The notes beneath the pieces are model-generated. The model did not search any database, had not been told where the DNA came from, and worked only from the letters and a program-made list of their open reading frames with translations. The position numbers and the translations under genes are program-made. A DNA stretch of 64,000 nt from positions 15,592 through 79,591 of the forward strand of contig JBMOMT010000044.1 of NCBI GenBank assembly GCA_049324835.1. Reading direction: 5' to 3'. The stretch comes from Chloroflexota bacterium (GTDB lineage Bacteria > Chloroflexota > Anaerolineae > CAYNKW01). This document shows positions 27,197-36,815 of this stretch, one piece after another. The stretch's first letter is position 1; each line of letters starts with the position of its first letter.

Positions 27197-27946
27197 ATGA
27201 TCCAGGAATCGACGGGCACCAATCAGCCGGTGGAGAAAAACCCGGCGCCTATCGTTCGGCTCGAAAACGTCACACGGGTCTACCGCCTGGGCCGGAGTCA
27301 GGTGGCGGCCCTGCGCAACGTGACGCTGGCCCTGCCACGCGGTATATTTGCTGCCCTCAAAGGGCGCTCTGGCTCGGGCAAGACCACCTTGCTCAACCTC
27401 GTCGGCGGGCTGGATCGACCCACCGCCGGTGAGGTGATCCTCGACGGCCAGCCGTTGTCGCGCCTCTCAGACCGGCGGCTGACCGGGATGCGCCGCCGGC
27501 GCATCGGCTTTGTGTTCCAGTCGTTTGCCCTGCTGCCCACCTTTTCGGCCTTTGAGAATGTCGAATTGATGCTGCGCATCGCCGGCATGTGGCGCGCTCG
27601 GCGGCAGCGGGCCATGCGTAGCCTGGAGCTGGTGGGACTGGGCGCGTGGGCGCAGCACCGTCCCTGGGAGCTCTCCGGCGGGCAACAACAGCGGGTGGCC
27701 ATCGCCCGGGCGTTGGCCACCCATCCAGACCTGATCCTGGCCGACGAGCCGACCGGCGAGTTGGACAGCGCCACCGGGCGGCAGATCATGGCCCTGTTTC
27801 GGTATCTGGTCGAGCGGGAGGGCATCAGCCTGCTCATGGCCACCCACGATCCGGTGGTAGAAGAGTATGCTCACCTCGTCTACGAGCTGGGCGATGGTCA
27901 GGTGCTGGCGGTGCATCGCCGGCCCGCCACAGACTCGTCGCCATGA
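27197..27946 (+). CDS. ABC transporter ATP-binding protein (second NBD of the module)
   Basis: Walker A GRSGSGKTT, LSGGQQQRV, LILADEPTG. Confidence 0.9.
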   Translation: MIQESTGTNQPVEKNPAPIVRLENVTRVYRLGRSQVAALRNVTLALPRGIFAALKGRSGSGKTTLLNLVGGLDRPTAGEVILDGQPLSRLSDRRLTGMRRRRIGFVFQSFALLPTFSAFENVELMLRIAGMWRARRQRAMRSLELVGLGAWAQHRPWELSGGQQQRVAIARALATHPDLILADEPTGELDSATGRQIMALFRYLVEREGISLLMATHDPVVEEYAHLVYELGDGQVLAVHRRPATDSSP

Positions 27947-27968
27947 ATGGCGCGCTCGGACCACACGA

Positions 27969-28001
27969 CGGCCAGACCGCATCGGGTCTGGCCGTTTTTT
28001 T
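27969..28001 (+). terminator. Rho-independent terminator of the ABC operon
   Basis: CGGCCAGACC-6 nt loop-GGTCTGGCCG followed by T7. Confidence 0.85.
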
Positions 28002-28020
28002 ACGTGCGGCAACGCCTGGC

Positions 28021-29094
28021 TCACCGCTCCGGCGCGTCGGCATCGGGTGGGTGGAGGGTCCGATTTTCTCCCTTGCGACGGGAGAGAAAAGCCAGCATGG
28101 CCATCATCACAGCGCCCAATAACAGCAGCACGATAGCCTTGTACAGCCGTGAAGAGACCAGCAACGCCAGCGCGCCAAAAGCGGCGCAGAAGGCGTAATA
28201 ACCCAACACGATCTGGCGCTGCGAAAAGCCCAGGTCCTGCAATTGAAAGTGCAGGTGTCCCCTATCCCCCTGGCCGATAGACTGGCCGGCCCGCAGGCGC
28301 CGCAAAACCTGCCAGGCCACATCCAGGATAGGGATGCTGAACACCAGCAGCACCGTGGCCACCCGCGCCCCGGCAACGATGCCCAGCGAGGCCACGGCAA
28401 AACCCAAAAAAAACGAGCCAGAGCTGCCCATAAAGATACGCGCCGGGTGAAAATTGAACGGCAGAAAACCCAGCGTCGCTCCCAGCAGGGCCAACGGCAG
28501 CAGCGCCACGCTGTACTGCCCCTGCCGGATCATGTGGACGGCCAGCACCGCCGAGAGAATGGCCGCCACACCGGCTGCCAGGCCGTCCAGGCCATCCAAA
28601 AAATTGACGGTGTTGATCATGCCCACGATCCAGAACAACGTCAGGGCGATGACGAACGGCCACGGAAAAACAGTGATCTGGTTGGTAAAGGGATTCATCA
28701 CCCGCTCGATAAAGACCAGGCCGGCGATGGCTATCAGCGCGGCCACGATCTGGCCCACGTATTGCGCCCGCGGGCGCAGATCGAGTCTGTCATCCAGGAA
28801 GCCAAAGACAAAGATGAACGTGCTGCCCAGCAGCAGCGCTGCCAGGCGCGTGGTCTCGTGAGGGTCGGGGCCTTCGGGGCTGGGCAGCCAGCCCCGGACC
28901 AGCGCCGAGATACCCACAGCCAGAACAAAGGCGACGTACATCGCCACGCCGCCGGTGCGAGGGATGGCGCCGCTGTGCTGCCGCCGCCCGCCAGGCCGGT
29001 CGACCAGGCCCAGCCGCCGACCCAGACGGGTTGCCAGCGGCACGGCGATCAGCGCCGACGCCAGAGCAGCCAGGAAAACCAAAACAAAGGCCAT
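28021..29094 (-). CDS. Polyprenyl-phosphate N-acetylhexosamine-1-phosphate transferase (MraY/WecA/TagO family, GT4)
   Basis: Polytopic membrane protein with the NFLDGLDGLAAG motif. Confidence 0.85.
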   Translation of the reverse strand: MAFVLVFLAALASALIAVPLATRLGRRLGLVDRPGGRRQHSGAIPRTGGVAMYVAFVLAVGISALVRGWLPSPEGPDPHETTRLAALLLGSTFIFVFGFLDDRLDLRPRAQYVGQIVAALIAIAGLVFIERVMNPFTNQITVFPWPFVIALTLFWIVGMINTVNFLDGLDGLAAGVAAILSAVLAVHMIRQGQYSVALLPLALLGATLGFLPFNFHPARIFMGSSGSFFLGFAVASLGIVAGARVATVLLVFSIPILDVAWQVLRRLRAGQSIGQGDRGHLHFQLQDLGFSQRQIVLGYYAFCAAFGALALLVSSRLYKAIVLLLLGAVMMAMLAFLSRRKGENRTLHPPDADAPER

Positions 29095-29132
29095 TTCACA
29101 CCTTTATGCGAAAGCGTCGCAAGCGGCGGGTT

Positions 29133-30545
29133 TTAATCCGGCCGGGGACGGCGCTGCCTCACCTGGACGACCACCCAGCCAACGGCCAACGGCACCAGGA
29201 TAACCACGAACAAGAGGGTGTACACTGTGTCCTGAGAAGGTGCAGCATCGCTCCTGGCCACTGCCGGCTCGTCTGAGGCAACTGTCATCTCTTGCACAGG
29301 CGTTTCTGCCGCCAGGGTTGGCACTGTTGCGACCGTCGTCGCAACCGGCAGTGGCGTGATGCCGGTTACACTCGCCACCTGCTGGCTCTGATGAAAGCCG
29401 AAACCAGAATCGTTCGTTTCTGCCACCGCCTGAGGAGTGGCAGTCGGGGGCGGCGGCAGAGGCGTATCGGTGGCAGTGGGTGTGGGCGGCTCTGGCGTGG
29501 GGGTGGGCGTGGGTGGTTCCGGCGTGGGCGTGGGCGGTGCGGTGGGTGTGGGCGCCGGCGCAACGATGATCAGTTCCTGACCGACGGCGATCAGACCGGC
29601 ATCGGCCAGGCCGTTGAGCCGGGCGATCTCGTCTGCGGGCACACCGTAGGCCTCGGCGATGGCAGCCAGCGTTTGCCCTGCCTGCACGACGTGAACGACA
29701 GAGCCATCGGGCCGGGGAGCAGCGACCGTCACCGGCACGGCAACCACCGCCTCAGGTTGGGCGGGCGGCGATGTGGGGGTGGGCGGCGGCGGGCTGCTCA
29801 CCGCCACCAAACTGGCGTCGTCGATGTAGACATCGTTGGCGATGCGCGGAATGCCATCGGACCAATCGGCGCGCGAATAGGTAAACACCGTCACCTTGTC
29901 CGATTGGGCCGTGGCCTCCACCGCAAAGAGCACCCAGGCATCGTAGGCGCTCTGTTCCGCGGCCCAAACCACACTGGCCGCCCAGGGGTTCATGCCGCCG
30001 CTGGGATCGATGCCCACCTGGGTGTGCATGGGCGACGCCAGGTAAGAATAGGGCGTGGTGGGGCACTCGTTCCACTGTTCGCCGGGCATGCAAGACCAGG
30101 TCTGCATATAGACCTCAAAACGCAACCGCGTGCCGGGCTGGATTCCGCTCACCTGCTGCATCAGGCCCGCCTCGTGCTGGCGGTTCCAGGAAAAGTATTT
30201 TTGTGAGAGGTTTCCGCTGCGCACCCGATAGATGAACTCGGCGGTGCTGGTGCCGCGAAACTCGGGGCGGCCCCAGGCGCACTGGGCATCACCGTTGCAA
30301 TAGTTGGGGGCCACCGTGCCGGGCGGCGCGATGTCCACGTAAAAGGCTCGCCAGCCGGGCGCCACCTGCACCTCGGCAATGCCGTCCTGGAAGGGCCAGG
30401 ACTGGCCGTAACCGGCCTCGAAATCGCCGTTGACCAGCAGGTTGTTCCCCGGTTGCTGGGCGCTCACTCTGACAGGCGCCCCCACAACCAGAGCCAACAG
30501 ACATAAACTCAGCCAAACCATCGGAACGATACGTGTGTGCAACAT
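29133..30545 (-). CDS. Secreted LysM-domain protein with CBM-like N-domain, Pro/Thr linkers and C-terminal TM anchor
   Basis: Signal peptide. NLLVNGDFEAGY (CBM4_9-like). LysM segment VVQAGQTLAAIAEAYGVPADEIARLNGL. PTPTPEPPTPTP repeats. Terminal TM plus RQRRPRPD. Confidence 0.75.
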   Translation of the reverse strand: MLHTRIVPMVWLSLCLLALVVGAPVRVSAQQPGNNLLVNGDFEAGYGQSWPFQDGIAEVQVAPGWRAFYVDIAPPGTVAPNYCNGDAQCAWGRPEFRGTSTAEFIYRVRSGNLSQKYFSWNRQHEAGLMQQVSGIQPGTRLRFEVYMQTWSCMPGEQWNECPTTPYSYLASPMHTQVGIDPSGGMNPWAASVVWAAEQSAYDAWVLFAVEATAQSDKVTVFTYSRADWSDGIPRIANDVYIDDASLVAVSSPPPPTPTSPPAQPEAVVAVPVTVAAPRPDGSVVHVVQAGQTLAAIAEAYGVPADEIARLNGLADAGLIAVGQELIIVAPAPTPTAPPTPTPEPPTPTPTPEPPTPTATDTPLPPPPTATPQAVAETNDSGFGFHQSQQVASVTGITPLPVATTVATVPTLAAETPVQEMTVASDEPAVARSDAAPSQDTVYTLLFVVILVPLAVGWVVVQVRQRRPRPD

Positions 30546-30614
30546 GGAACTCCTCTACTCTCGAAATTTTACGCGAGCCAGCGCCGCGCCGGGAATGATC
30601 GGCGCGGCGCGCGC

Positions 30615-31058
30615 TCAAAGCGCCGGGCGCGGATGACGCACCAACTCGATCCCGGCCTGATCCAGAAACTGCCGCGCCAGGTCGTCGGGGTAATCGCCGC
30701 CATAGACCACCCGGACGACGCCGGCGTTGATGATCATTTTGGCGCAGACGAGGCAGGGCTGGTGAGTGACATAGATCGTCGCCCCGGCCGTCGAGACACC
30801 GTGCAGCGCGGCCTGAATGATGGCGTTTTGCTCGGCGTGGAGGGTGCGCACACAGTGACCGTTGACGACCAGGCAGCCCTCGTCGGTGCAGTGGGCCAGC
30901 CCGGCGGGTGAGCCATTGTAGCCGGTGGTCAGGATGCGTTTGTCGCGCACGATGATGGCGCCCACCTGCGCCCGGTTGCAGGTGCTGCGCCGGGCCACCT
31001 CGAACGTGATGCCCATAAAATACTCATCCCACGAGGGACGAGCTGGCTTGTCGCTCAT
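30615..31058 (-). CDS. Deoxycytidylate (dCMP) deaminase / ComEB-type cytidine-deoxycytidylate deaminase
   Basis: Zinc motifs HAEQNAI and PCLVCAKMI. Confidence 0.88.
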   Translation of the reverse strand: MSDKPARPSWDEYFMGITFEVARRSTCNRAQVGAIIVRDKRILTTGYNGSPAGLAHCTDEGCLVVNGHCVRTLHAEQNAIIQAALHGVSTAGATIYVTHQPCLVCAKMIINAGVVRVVYGGDYPDDLARQFLDQAGIELVRHPRPAL

Positions 31059-31088
31059 GATCTCTCCCGCACGCCAGGCGATTCGTGA

Positions 31089-33119
31089 TCACTCTGCCGC
31101 CCCAGAATCCCCCGCACCGGCGCGTCGACCGCGACGCGCCAGCCAGACGCCTGCGCCCACCGCCAGAACGAGCCCAACGATGCCCACCAGCCACAGCGAC
31201 GCGCCGCCCATCACGACCGACGGCACGGGCGTCGAGGTGGGCGCTGGCCGGGGCGTGGCCGTGGGGATGGGGGTGGGCGTGGGCGTGGGCAGCGGTGTGG
31301 CGGTCGGCGATGGGATCGGAGTGGGTGTGGGGGCCAGCAATACCAGGTTCAACGTGGCCGTGTGGCGCGGCCCATCGGCAGACGCCGCTTCCAGCGCCAG
31401 CGAATGGCTGCCGGCAGGCGCTGCCAGCTCGGACGAGAGTGACAAGACCACCTGGGCCGGCAATGTCACGGTCTCCGCACCCGCGGCGACGGTGACACCC
31501 TGCGGCAAGCCGGTCAGGCGCAGTGAGACGGCGCCATCAAAGCCATAACGCGGCGCGAGATCCACCGTCACCTGGCCTGCCTCGCCGACAGGCAGTATCA
31601 GCTCGGCAGGCTGCACGTGCAGGGTAAAATCGCCGGCTGCCCGGATCAGACTGACCTCTTCCAGCAGCGGCGAGAAACCGGGATCGGCGCTGGTCAGCAG
31701 CGCCCGGTAGCGCAGATAACGCGACGGCGGCAGGTTCAGATCGAGCAGCGAGTGAATGTTTTCGCCTGCCTGGCTACCTCCGGCAACCGGCAGCCAGTCC
31801 GACCAGTTCTGACCATCATCGGAGACGGCCACCTCCAGGCGGATATCGCTGCCCTGGGGCAGCTGGCAGCTCCAGCGCAGATCACCCCAATAGATAGGCT
31901 CACCGGCGTCCAGGGGCGGCGAGACAAAGCTGCCCTGCGATTCGTAAACCGGCGGCGCGGTAGCCAGGCCGATGCGGTATTTGTCGCCATCGTAGCCAGA
32001 ATAGTAGAGCCAGTAGGTCTGGCCGTCGAAAATAACGTACGGCTCGGAAACGGTGTGGCTGTCGAAATCGCCGGGCGCGCCCATGTCCAGAATGGGGTTG
32101 GCGGCGTCTTTGGTCCAGGAGGTGCCATCCTCCGACGAGGCGTAGCCCAATCGCCAGCTCATGTTGGCGTTGCCGTCGTGGCCCTCGTAGAACATCTGGT
32201 AACGCTCGCCATCATAGAGCACGTGCACACGAGCCACGGAAAAATCGTCCCACGCGCCCAGCGGACCGACATCCAGCAGCCACTCGTCGGGCTGCCATTT
32301 GTGCCAGACTAGGCCATCTTCCGACCAGGCATAACCCACGCGCAGTGTGCTGGTGCGATCCGAGCCGCCGTTGTACCACATCTCGAAATGGGTGCCGTTC
32401 CACAGCACCGATGGCTCGGAGATAAAATTCTCGTCCCAGCGACCGTCGTGGGCAGCGCGCATGAGCGGGTTGCCGGCAAAGCGCTCCCAGGCCACACCAT
32501 CGGTAGAGGTGGCATAGTTGATGCTCCATTCCTCGAAATCGTGGGCGCTGTACCACATGCGGAACTGTTGGCCGTCCAAGAGCACATAGGGCGGGTAGAC
32601 GAAATTGGCCTCCGGCGAGCCAGCCGGGCCAGGCGACAGGATCGACTCGTCGGGCTGGCGCGTCCAACTCAGGCCGTCGGTGGAAACGGCGTGGCCCACC
32701 AGCATGGGCGATCTGGTGGTGCCGCTGGGCGTCTGCAGGCGCTGGCGGGCAGCGTACCACAGGTGATAGACCTGGCCGTCGAAAATCACCTTGGCCTCGC
32801 TGACGACGGCGTTATCCCAGGCATCACCCTGGCCGACATCAAAGATCGGGTTTTGGGGATGTTTGGTGAACGGGCCTGGCCGCGAGCGCAGCCGGATCGC
32901 GCCGCGCGGATCGGCATCGTAGCCCAGGGGGGTGCCCAGGGCGTCGAGCGTGCGCACGTCCAGGTTGTGGCGCTCACCGGCCATAAAATCGGCCTGGGTG
33001 GTGTGGGTCCAGCTCTGAGCCGGCTCGTTTTGGGCCAGGCCATTGCCCGGCGTGACGAGGGCAGCCAGCGCAACGATGGTCAGGACGATCTCGATCGAGA
33101 AGCGGTTGACGTTTTTCAT
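31089..33119 (-). CDS. Secreted five-bladed beta-propeller glycoside-hydrolase-like protein (GH43/32/130-type fold), membrane-anchored
   Basis: Five repeats of ...S.DG..W......P.L......W.......P.V..DG..Y.MWY.G.... followed by a beta-sandwich region, a PT-rich linker, a C-terminal TM and an Arg-rich tail. The exact family is not assignable by eye. Confidence 0.55.
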   Translation of the reverse strand: MKNVNRFSIEIVLTIVALAALVTPGNGLAQNEPAQSWTHTTQADFMAGERHNLDVRTLDALGTPLGYDADPRGAIRLRSRPGPFTKHPQNPIFDVGQGDAWDNAVVSEAKVIFDGQVYHLWYAARQRLQTPSGTTRSPMLVGHAVSTDGLSWTRQPDESILSPGPAGSPEANFVYPPYVLLDGQQFRMWYSAHDFEEWSINYATSTDGVAWERFAGNPLMRAAHDGRWDENFISEPSVLWNGTHFEMWYNGGSDRTSTLRVGYAWSEDGLVWHKWQPDEWLLDVGPLGAWDDFSVARVHVLYDGERYQMFYEGHDGNANMSWRLGYASSEDGTSWTKDAANPILDMGAPGDFDSHTVSEPYVIFDGQTYWLYYSGYDGDKYRIGLATAPPVYESQGSFVSPPLDAGEPIYWGDLRWSCQLPQGSDIRLEVAVSDDGQNWSDWLPVAGGSQAGENIHSLLDLNLPPSRYLRYRALLTSADPGFSPLLEEVSLIRAAGDFTLHVQPAELILPVGEAGQVTVDLAPRYGFDGAVSLRLTGLPQGVTVAAGAETVTLPAQVVLSLSSELAAPAGSHSLALEAASADGPRHTATLNLVLLAPTPTPIPSPTATPLPTPTPTPIPTATPRPAPTSTPVPSVVMGGASLWLVGIVGLVLAVGAGVWLARRGRRAGAGDSGAAE

Positions 33120-33122
33120 AAG

Positions 33123-34532
33123 CTACTCAGGATTAAAATAGTTAAAAGTTGCCCGCGCCAGATCGGACATCACCTGGGAGCTGAGCTCCCATTCCAGCCA
33201 GCCGGGTCGGTAGAGAAAGACACTAAAGACGTAATCGCCGCCGGGAGAATAGACCAGGCCCACGTCGGCGTGCGAGTCGCCGATCCAGGCGTGCTTGTGG
33301 GCGATGGGCACGCCCGGCGGTGTGCCGGCCTCCAAAAAGCTACCCACCTTGTTCTGAGCCATGACGTCCAGGATGGCCTGACACTCGACGGGCGTCAGCT
33401 CGTTGGGGTAGGTAGCCAGGAGCTGACCGCTGCCGCGCGCGCACTGGTAGATCATTTCCAGGAGCAGGCCCATATCTTCCGGCGTGGTCTGCATGTGCAG
33501 ATCGGGTTGGGTGGTTTTGTCGGTGCGTGAATTGGCCGGGGTGGTGACGGGCGCGGGGATGTCTTCCACATCGTAGGGGGAGGCCATAAAGGTGTTGATC
33601 AGCCCCAGCCGCCGCATCGACTCGGTGAGCAGGCGCACGCCGCGGAAACTGTCGCCGTCGCCGATCTGTCGCAGCAGCAGGTTGGCGGTATAATTGCCGC
33701 TGAGGGTCATCGTCTCGCTGATGAGCCTGGCTGTTTCCAGATCGGGTTCAGCGTCGAGCTGGCGATAGATCTCTTCCAGAATGGCGATCTTGAGCGCGCT
33801 CATGCCGGCAAAAGCCACGTCGGCGTCCGAGCGCACCGTCTCGCCGGAGCGTAGATCGCGAATAAAAACGCCGCCCAGGCCGGGAAAATCGGACAGCCGG
33901 GCCTCGACCATCCCGGCGAGCAGGGTGAACGACGGCGGGTCGGGCTGGCGGCTATGCACCACCAGGTTGACCTGGCGGTTGAGGGGATCGGTGAGCGCGG
34001 CGATCATACGGCTCAGCGAGGCCGGCACGTCCAGCAGGCTCTCCGGCTGGCCAGACGAATAAGAGAGCGTCTCGACCACGGCATGAGGCTGTTGTAGCGA
34101 TTGGTCGTGCTCTTCGGCCACCCGCTCCAGCCACAAGCGCACCATGTCTTGGTCGTAACTGACCTGGAGGGGATAATCGACCGCCGGGCCAGCTTCTTTG
34201 AGCAAAAAGTCCAAAAAACCATCCCAATAATCGCCCTGTGGCTGCGCCTTGAAGGCGGCGTCGACCATCTCGGGCGATTTGAGGCGCAGACCCAGATCGC
34301 GTGGCGAGACGGTCAATTCATGCGTCAGGTAATAGACCGCCAACGGGGCGTAATAGGTCGATTCCAGGGTGTGAATGGCCTCGGCGGGCAACATGCCGCC
34401 CACAGACACACCGCCTATCGTCACACCTTTGGGCAATCGGGTGCGATAGGCGTTGTACTGGCCCACCTGGTATAATGCCGCCAGGATGACGGCGACGACG
34501 ACCACGAAAACTGTAAAACGAGACCCGCGCAA
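33123..34532 (-). CDS. Class A beta-lactamase-related serine hydrolase with N-terminal membrane anchor
   Basis: N-terminal TM and an SxxK motif (MSALK) in the C-terminal domain. Confidence 0.6.
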   Translation of the reverse strand: MRGSRFTVFVVVVAVILAALYQVGQYNAYRTRLPKGVTIGGVSVGGMLPAEAIHTLESTYYAPLAVYYLTHELTVSPRDLGLRLKSPEMVDAAFKAQPQGDYWDGFLDFLLKEAGPAVDYPLQVSYDQDMVRLWLERVAEEHDQSLQQPHAVVETLSYSSGQPESLLDVPASLSRMIAALTDPLNRQVNLVVHSRQPDPPSFTLLAGMVEARLSDFPGLGGVFIRDLRSGETVRSDADVAFAGMSALKIAILEEIYRQLDAEPDLETARLISETMTLSGNYTANLLLRQIGDGDSFRGVRLLTESMRRLGLINTFMASPYDVEDIPAPVTTPANSRTDKTTQPDLHMQTTPEDMGLLLEMIYQCARGSGQLLATYPNELTPVECQAILDVMAQNKVGSFLEAGTPPGVPIAHKHAWIGDSHADVGLVYSPGGDYVFSVFLYRPGWLEWELSSQVMSDLARATFNYFNPE

Positions 34533-34550
34533 GTTTATCCTGCTCCCAGG

Positions 34551-35522
34551 CTAGCTGGCCGATGCGTCAGACAGGGCCCAGCGCAGTCTTTCGAGGCTCA
34601 GGTTGCCGCCGCTGAGCACCAGCGCCACCTTGCGTCCGGCCAGCTGTTCCTTGTACTTGAGCGCCGCTGCCAGCGGCGCCGCGCCGGCCCCCTCGGCCAG
34701 GTTGTGGGTGTATTCCAGCATCAGCACGATAGCGCGACGGATCTCTTGATCGCTGACCAGCCAAAAGTCGTTCAGGTGCTGCCACAGGATACGTTGTGGC
34801 AGGTCGAAGGCGGTGCGTGTGGCCAGTCCCTCGGCGACGGTCTCCATTTTGTCGGTCACCAGTTTTCTGGCCTGCCAGGATTTAAAGGCCGCCGGAGCCG
34901 CTTCGGACTGCACGCCGATCACTTGCACTGCCGGTTTGAGCGCCTCGACCACGGTGCACACGCCGGCAGCGCCACTGCCGCCGCCCACCGGCACGATGAT
35001 CGTTTCCACAGCGGGCAGGTCTTCCAGGATCTCCAGGGCATAGGTGCCCACGCCAGCGATCAGGTGCGGCTCGTCACCCGAGTGGACGTAGCGGTAACCC
35101 TCCTGGGTTGCCAGTTGCTCCACGTATTCACGAGCGGCATCGAAATCGGAGCCGTAAAAGTGCACCTCGGCGCCCAGGGCGCGCATGGCGGCCACCTTGC
35201 CCGGGTTGGCTCCCTGCGGCACGCCGATGATGGCCCGGACGCCAAAGAGTCGACCGGCATAGGCCACCGATTGGCCGTGATTGCCCGTGCTGGCCGCGAT
35301 CAGGCCACGCTGCCGCACCTCAGCGCTCAGTTGGGAGGCCAGATAGACCCCGCCGCGCACTTTGAAAGCCCCCACCGGCTGGTGATTTTCGTGCTTGACG
35401 TAGACCTGGCAGCCCAACAGATCACTCAAAGCCGGGTAATGGTGCAACGGCGTCCGGGCGAGATAACGCCCGATGACCTGGCGCGCTTCCAGCACATCTT
35501 GAAAAGTGGGTGGCTGAAGCAT
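34551..35522 (-). CDS. Threonine/serine ammonia-lyase (PLP-dependent, short form)
   Basis: PLP-lysine motif GAFKVRGG and GGGSGAAG loop. ATG at 35522 (MLQPPTF) after an AAGGAGGG RBS. The track ORF extends to 35702. Confidence 0.85.
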   Translation of the reverse strand: MLQPPTFQDVLEARQVIGRYLARTPLHHYPALSDLLGCQVYVKHENHQPVGAFKVRGGVYLASQLSAEVRQRGLIAASTGNHGQSVAYAGRLFGVRAIIGVPQGANPGKVAAMRALGAEVHFYGSDFDAAREYVEQLATQEGYRYVHSGDEPHLIAGVGTYALEILEDLPAVETIIVPVGGGSGAAGVCTVVEALKPAVQVIGVQSEAAPAAFKSWQARKLVTDKMETVAEGLATRTAFDLPQRILWQHLNDFWLVSDQEIRRAIVLMLEYTHNLAEGAGAAPLAAALKYKEQLAGRKVALVLSGGNLSLERLRWALSDASAS

Positions 35523-35568
35523 AAACCCTCCTTGCTTTTGCCGGTTTCGAATGGCCCACAGCGGAGGG

Positions 35569-35597
35569 ATTATAACACAACAGCCCAACGCTGACAA
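35569..35597 (-). promoter_or_regulatory. Promoter of the ammonia-lyase gene
   Basis: Minus strand: TTGTCA-17 nt-TATAAT with an upstream TG. Confidence 0.55.
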
Positions 35598-35647
35598 ACC
35601 ATCGGCCCCGCCGTGCAGACGCTCCGAGTGGATGGCAACGCCTCGCG

Positions 35648-36802
35648 TTATTTCAGATACTGGTCGAAAAAGGCCACCACCCGCTCCATGGCCAGCTCCC
35701 ATGCCTCTGCCTGAAAGGTGTGCGGCTGGCCGGGATAGGTGAAAAACTCGACCGGTCGGCGCGCCTGGCGCATCTTTTCGTAGAGTTTTTCGGAAAATCG
35801 AATGGGCACGTCGTCGTCGGCCTGGCCGTGGTGGATGCTCATGGGCGGCGCGGTCTCCAGATAGTTGATGGCCGACGCCCAGGCGTAGGAGGCGGGGTTC
35901 CGCTCCGGCAAACCGAACAGGGCCACCACGTTGGAACGGGTGACAGCGTTCCAGTAATAGTTATCCACCTCATCGGCGGCCACCGCCCCAAAGAGGGCCA
36001 GCGCCTTGATCTGGCGGCTCACCACGCCGGCCTTGATAACAATACCGCCGCCCATGCTGTGACCCCACATGCCAATACGCGCCGGATCGGCTTTGTCGAT
36101 GGTGCGCACCGAGCTGACCAGGTTCAGCACGTCCTCCACGTAGCCCACCAACAGCAGACTTTCCCCGGAACCGGACGCGCCATAGTTGCGATAATCCGGG
36201 GCGATGGTCAGGTAGCCCTGACGCGCCAAATAGTCGGCCTCGCGTTGGGTGCCGGTGCCGGTAAAATAAAGCTCCGGGTCGTAATAGCCGTGGCCGAGAA
36301 TGATCACCGGGAACGGCCCGTTGCCGTGAGGCACGTACATGTAACCGCTGATGGTCAGATCGCCGCTGGGGTAGGCGATGTAATACGCCGCATAAGCATC
36401 ACTCTGCGGAATGTCGCCGGTGATGTGCACCTGACCACCCTTGAAGGTTCGTTTTTGCAGGCGGGTGATGTAATAGTCCAGGCGTGGATCGGGTGTGTTG
36501 GTGGGGGTGGCAGGGCGGCGGGTGGGGGTGTGGCTGGGGGTGGGGGTGATGGTGCCGGTGGGCCTGGCAGTGCCGGTGGCGGTGGGCGTCCAGGTGGGCG
36601 GCCAGGTCGCCTCCGCGCGGGCCTGAGCCAGGCCCACCGAGCTCCCCCCAACCGCCGCCTGTTCCTGCGGTGGCAGTGGGTTCCACGGCCCATCGGGCAT
36701 GGCGGCGATGAGCAGATACCACAGGGCCACCAGTGTCGATGCCATCAGAAAAAACAGCGCCAAAGCAGCCAGCGCGCGCTCGTTCGACCGACGATTCTGC
36801 AA
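35648..36802 (-). CDS. Alpha/beta hydrolase (S9 prolyl oligopeptidase/dienelactone hydrolase-like), membrane-anchored
   Basis: N-terminal TM, PT-rich linker, nucleophile elbow GHSMGG and C-terminal His region. Confidence 0.75.
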   Translation of the reverse strand: MQNRRSNERALAALALFFLMASTLVALWYLLIAAMPDGPWNPLPPQEQAAVGGSSVGLAQARAEATWPPTWTPTATGTARPTGTITPTPSHTPTRRPATPTNTPDPRLDYYITRLQKRTFKGGQVHITGDIPQSDAYAAYYIAYPSGDLTISGYMYVPHGNGPFPVIILGHGYYDPELYFTGTGTQREADYLARQGYLTIAPDYRNYGASGSGESLLLVGYVEDVLNLVSSVRTIDKADPARIGMWGHSMGGGIVIKAGVVSRQIKALALFGAVAADEVDNYYWNAVTRSNVVALFGLPERNPASYAWASAINYLETAPPMSIHHGQADDDVPIRFSEKLYEKMRQARRPVEFFTYPGQPHTFQAEAWELAMERVVAFFDQYLK

Positions 36803-36815
36803 GTCCGATGCCTCC

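Noticed and set aside
29400-29570. Short GTGGGCGTGGG-type DNA repeats (also near 31250-31340 and 36480-36600), considered as a CRISPR array or satellite
   Set aside because: They lie inside ORFs and encode Pro/Thr linker peptides (PTPTPEPPTPTP). There is no regular repeat-spacer architecture.
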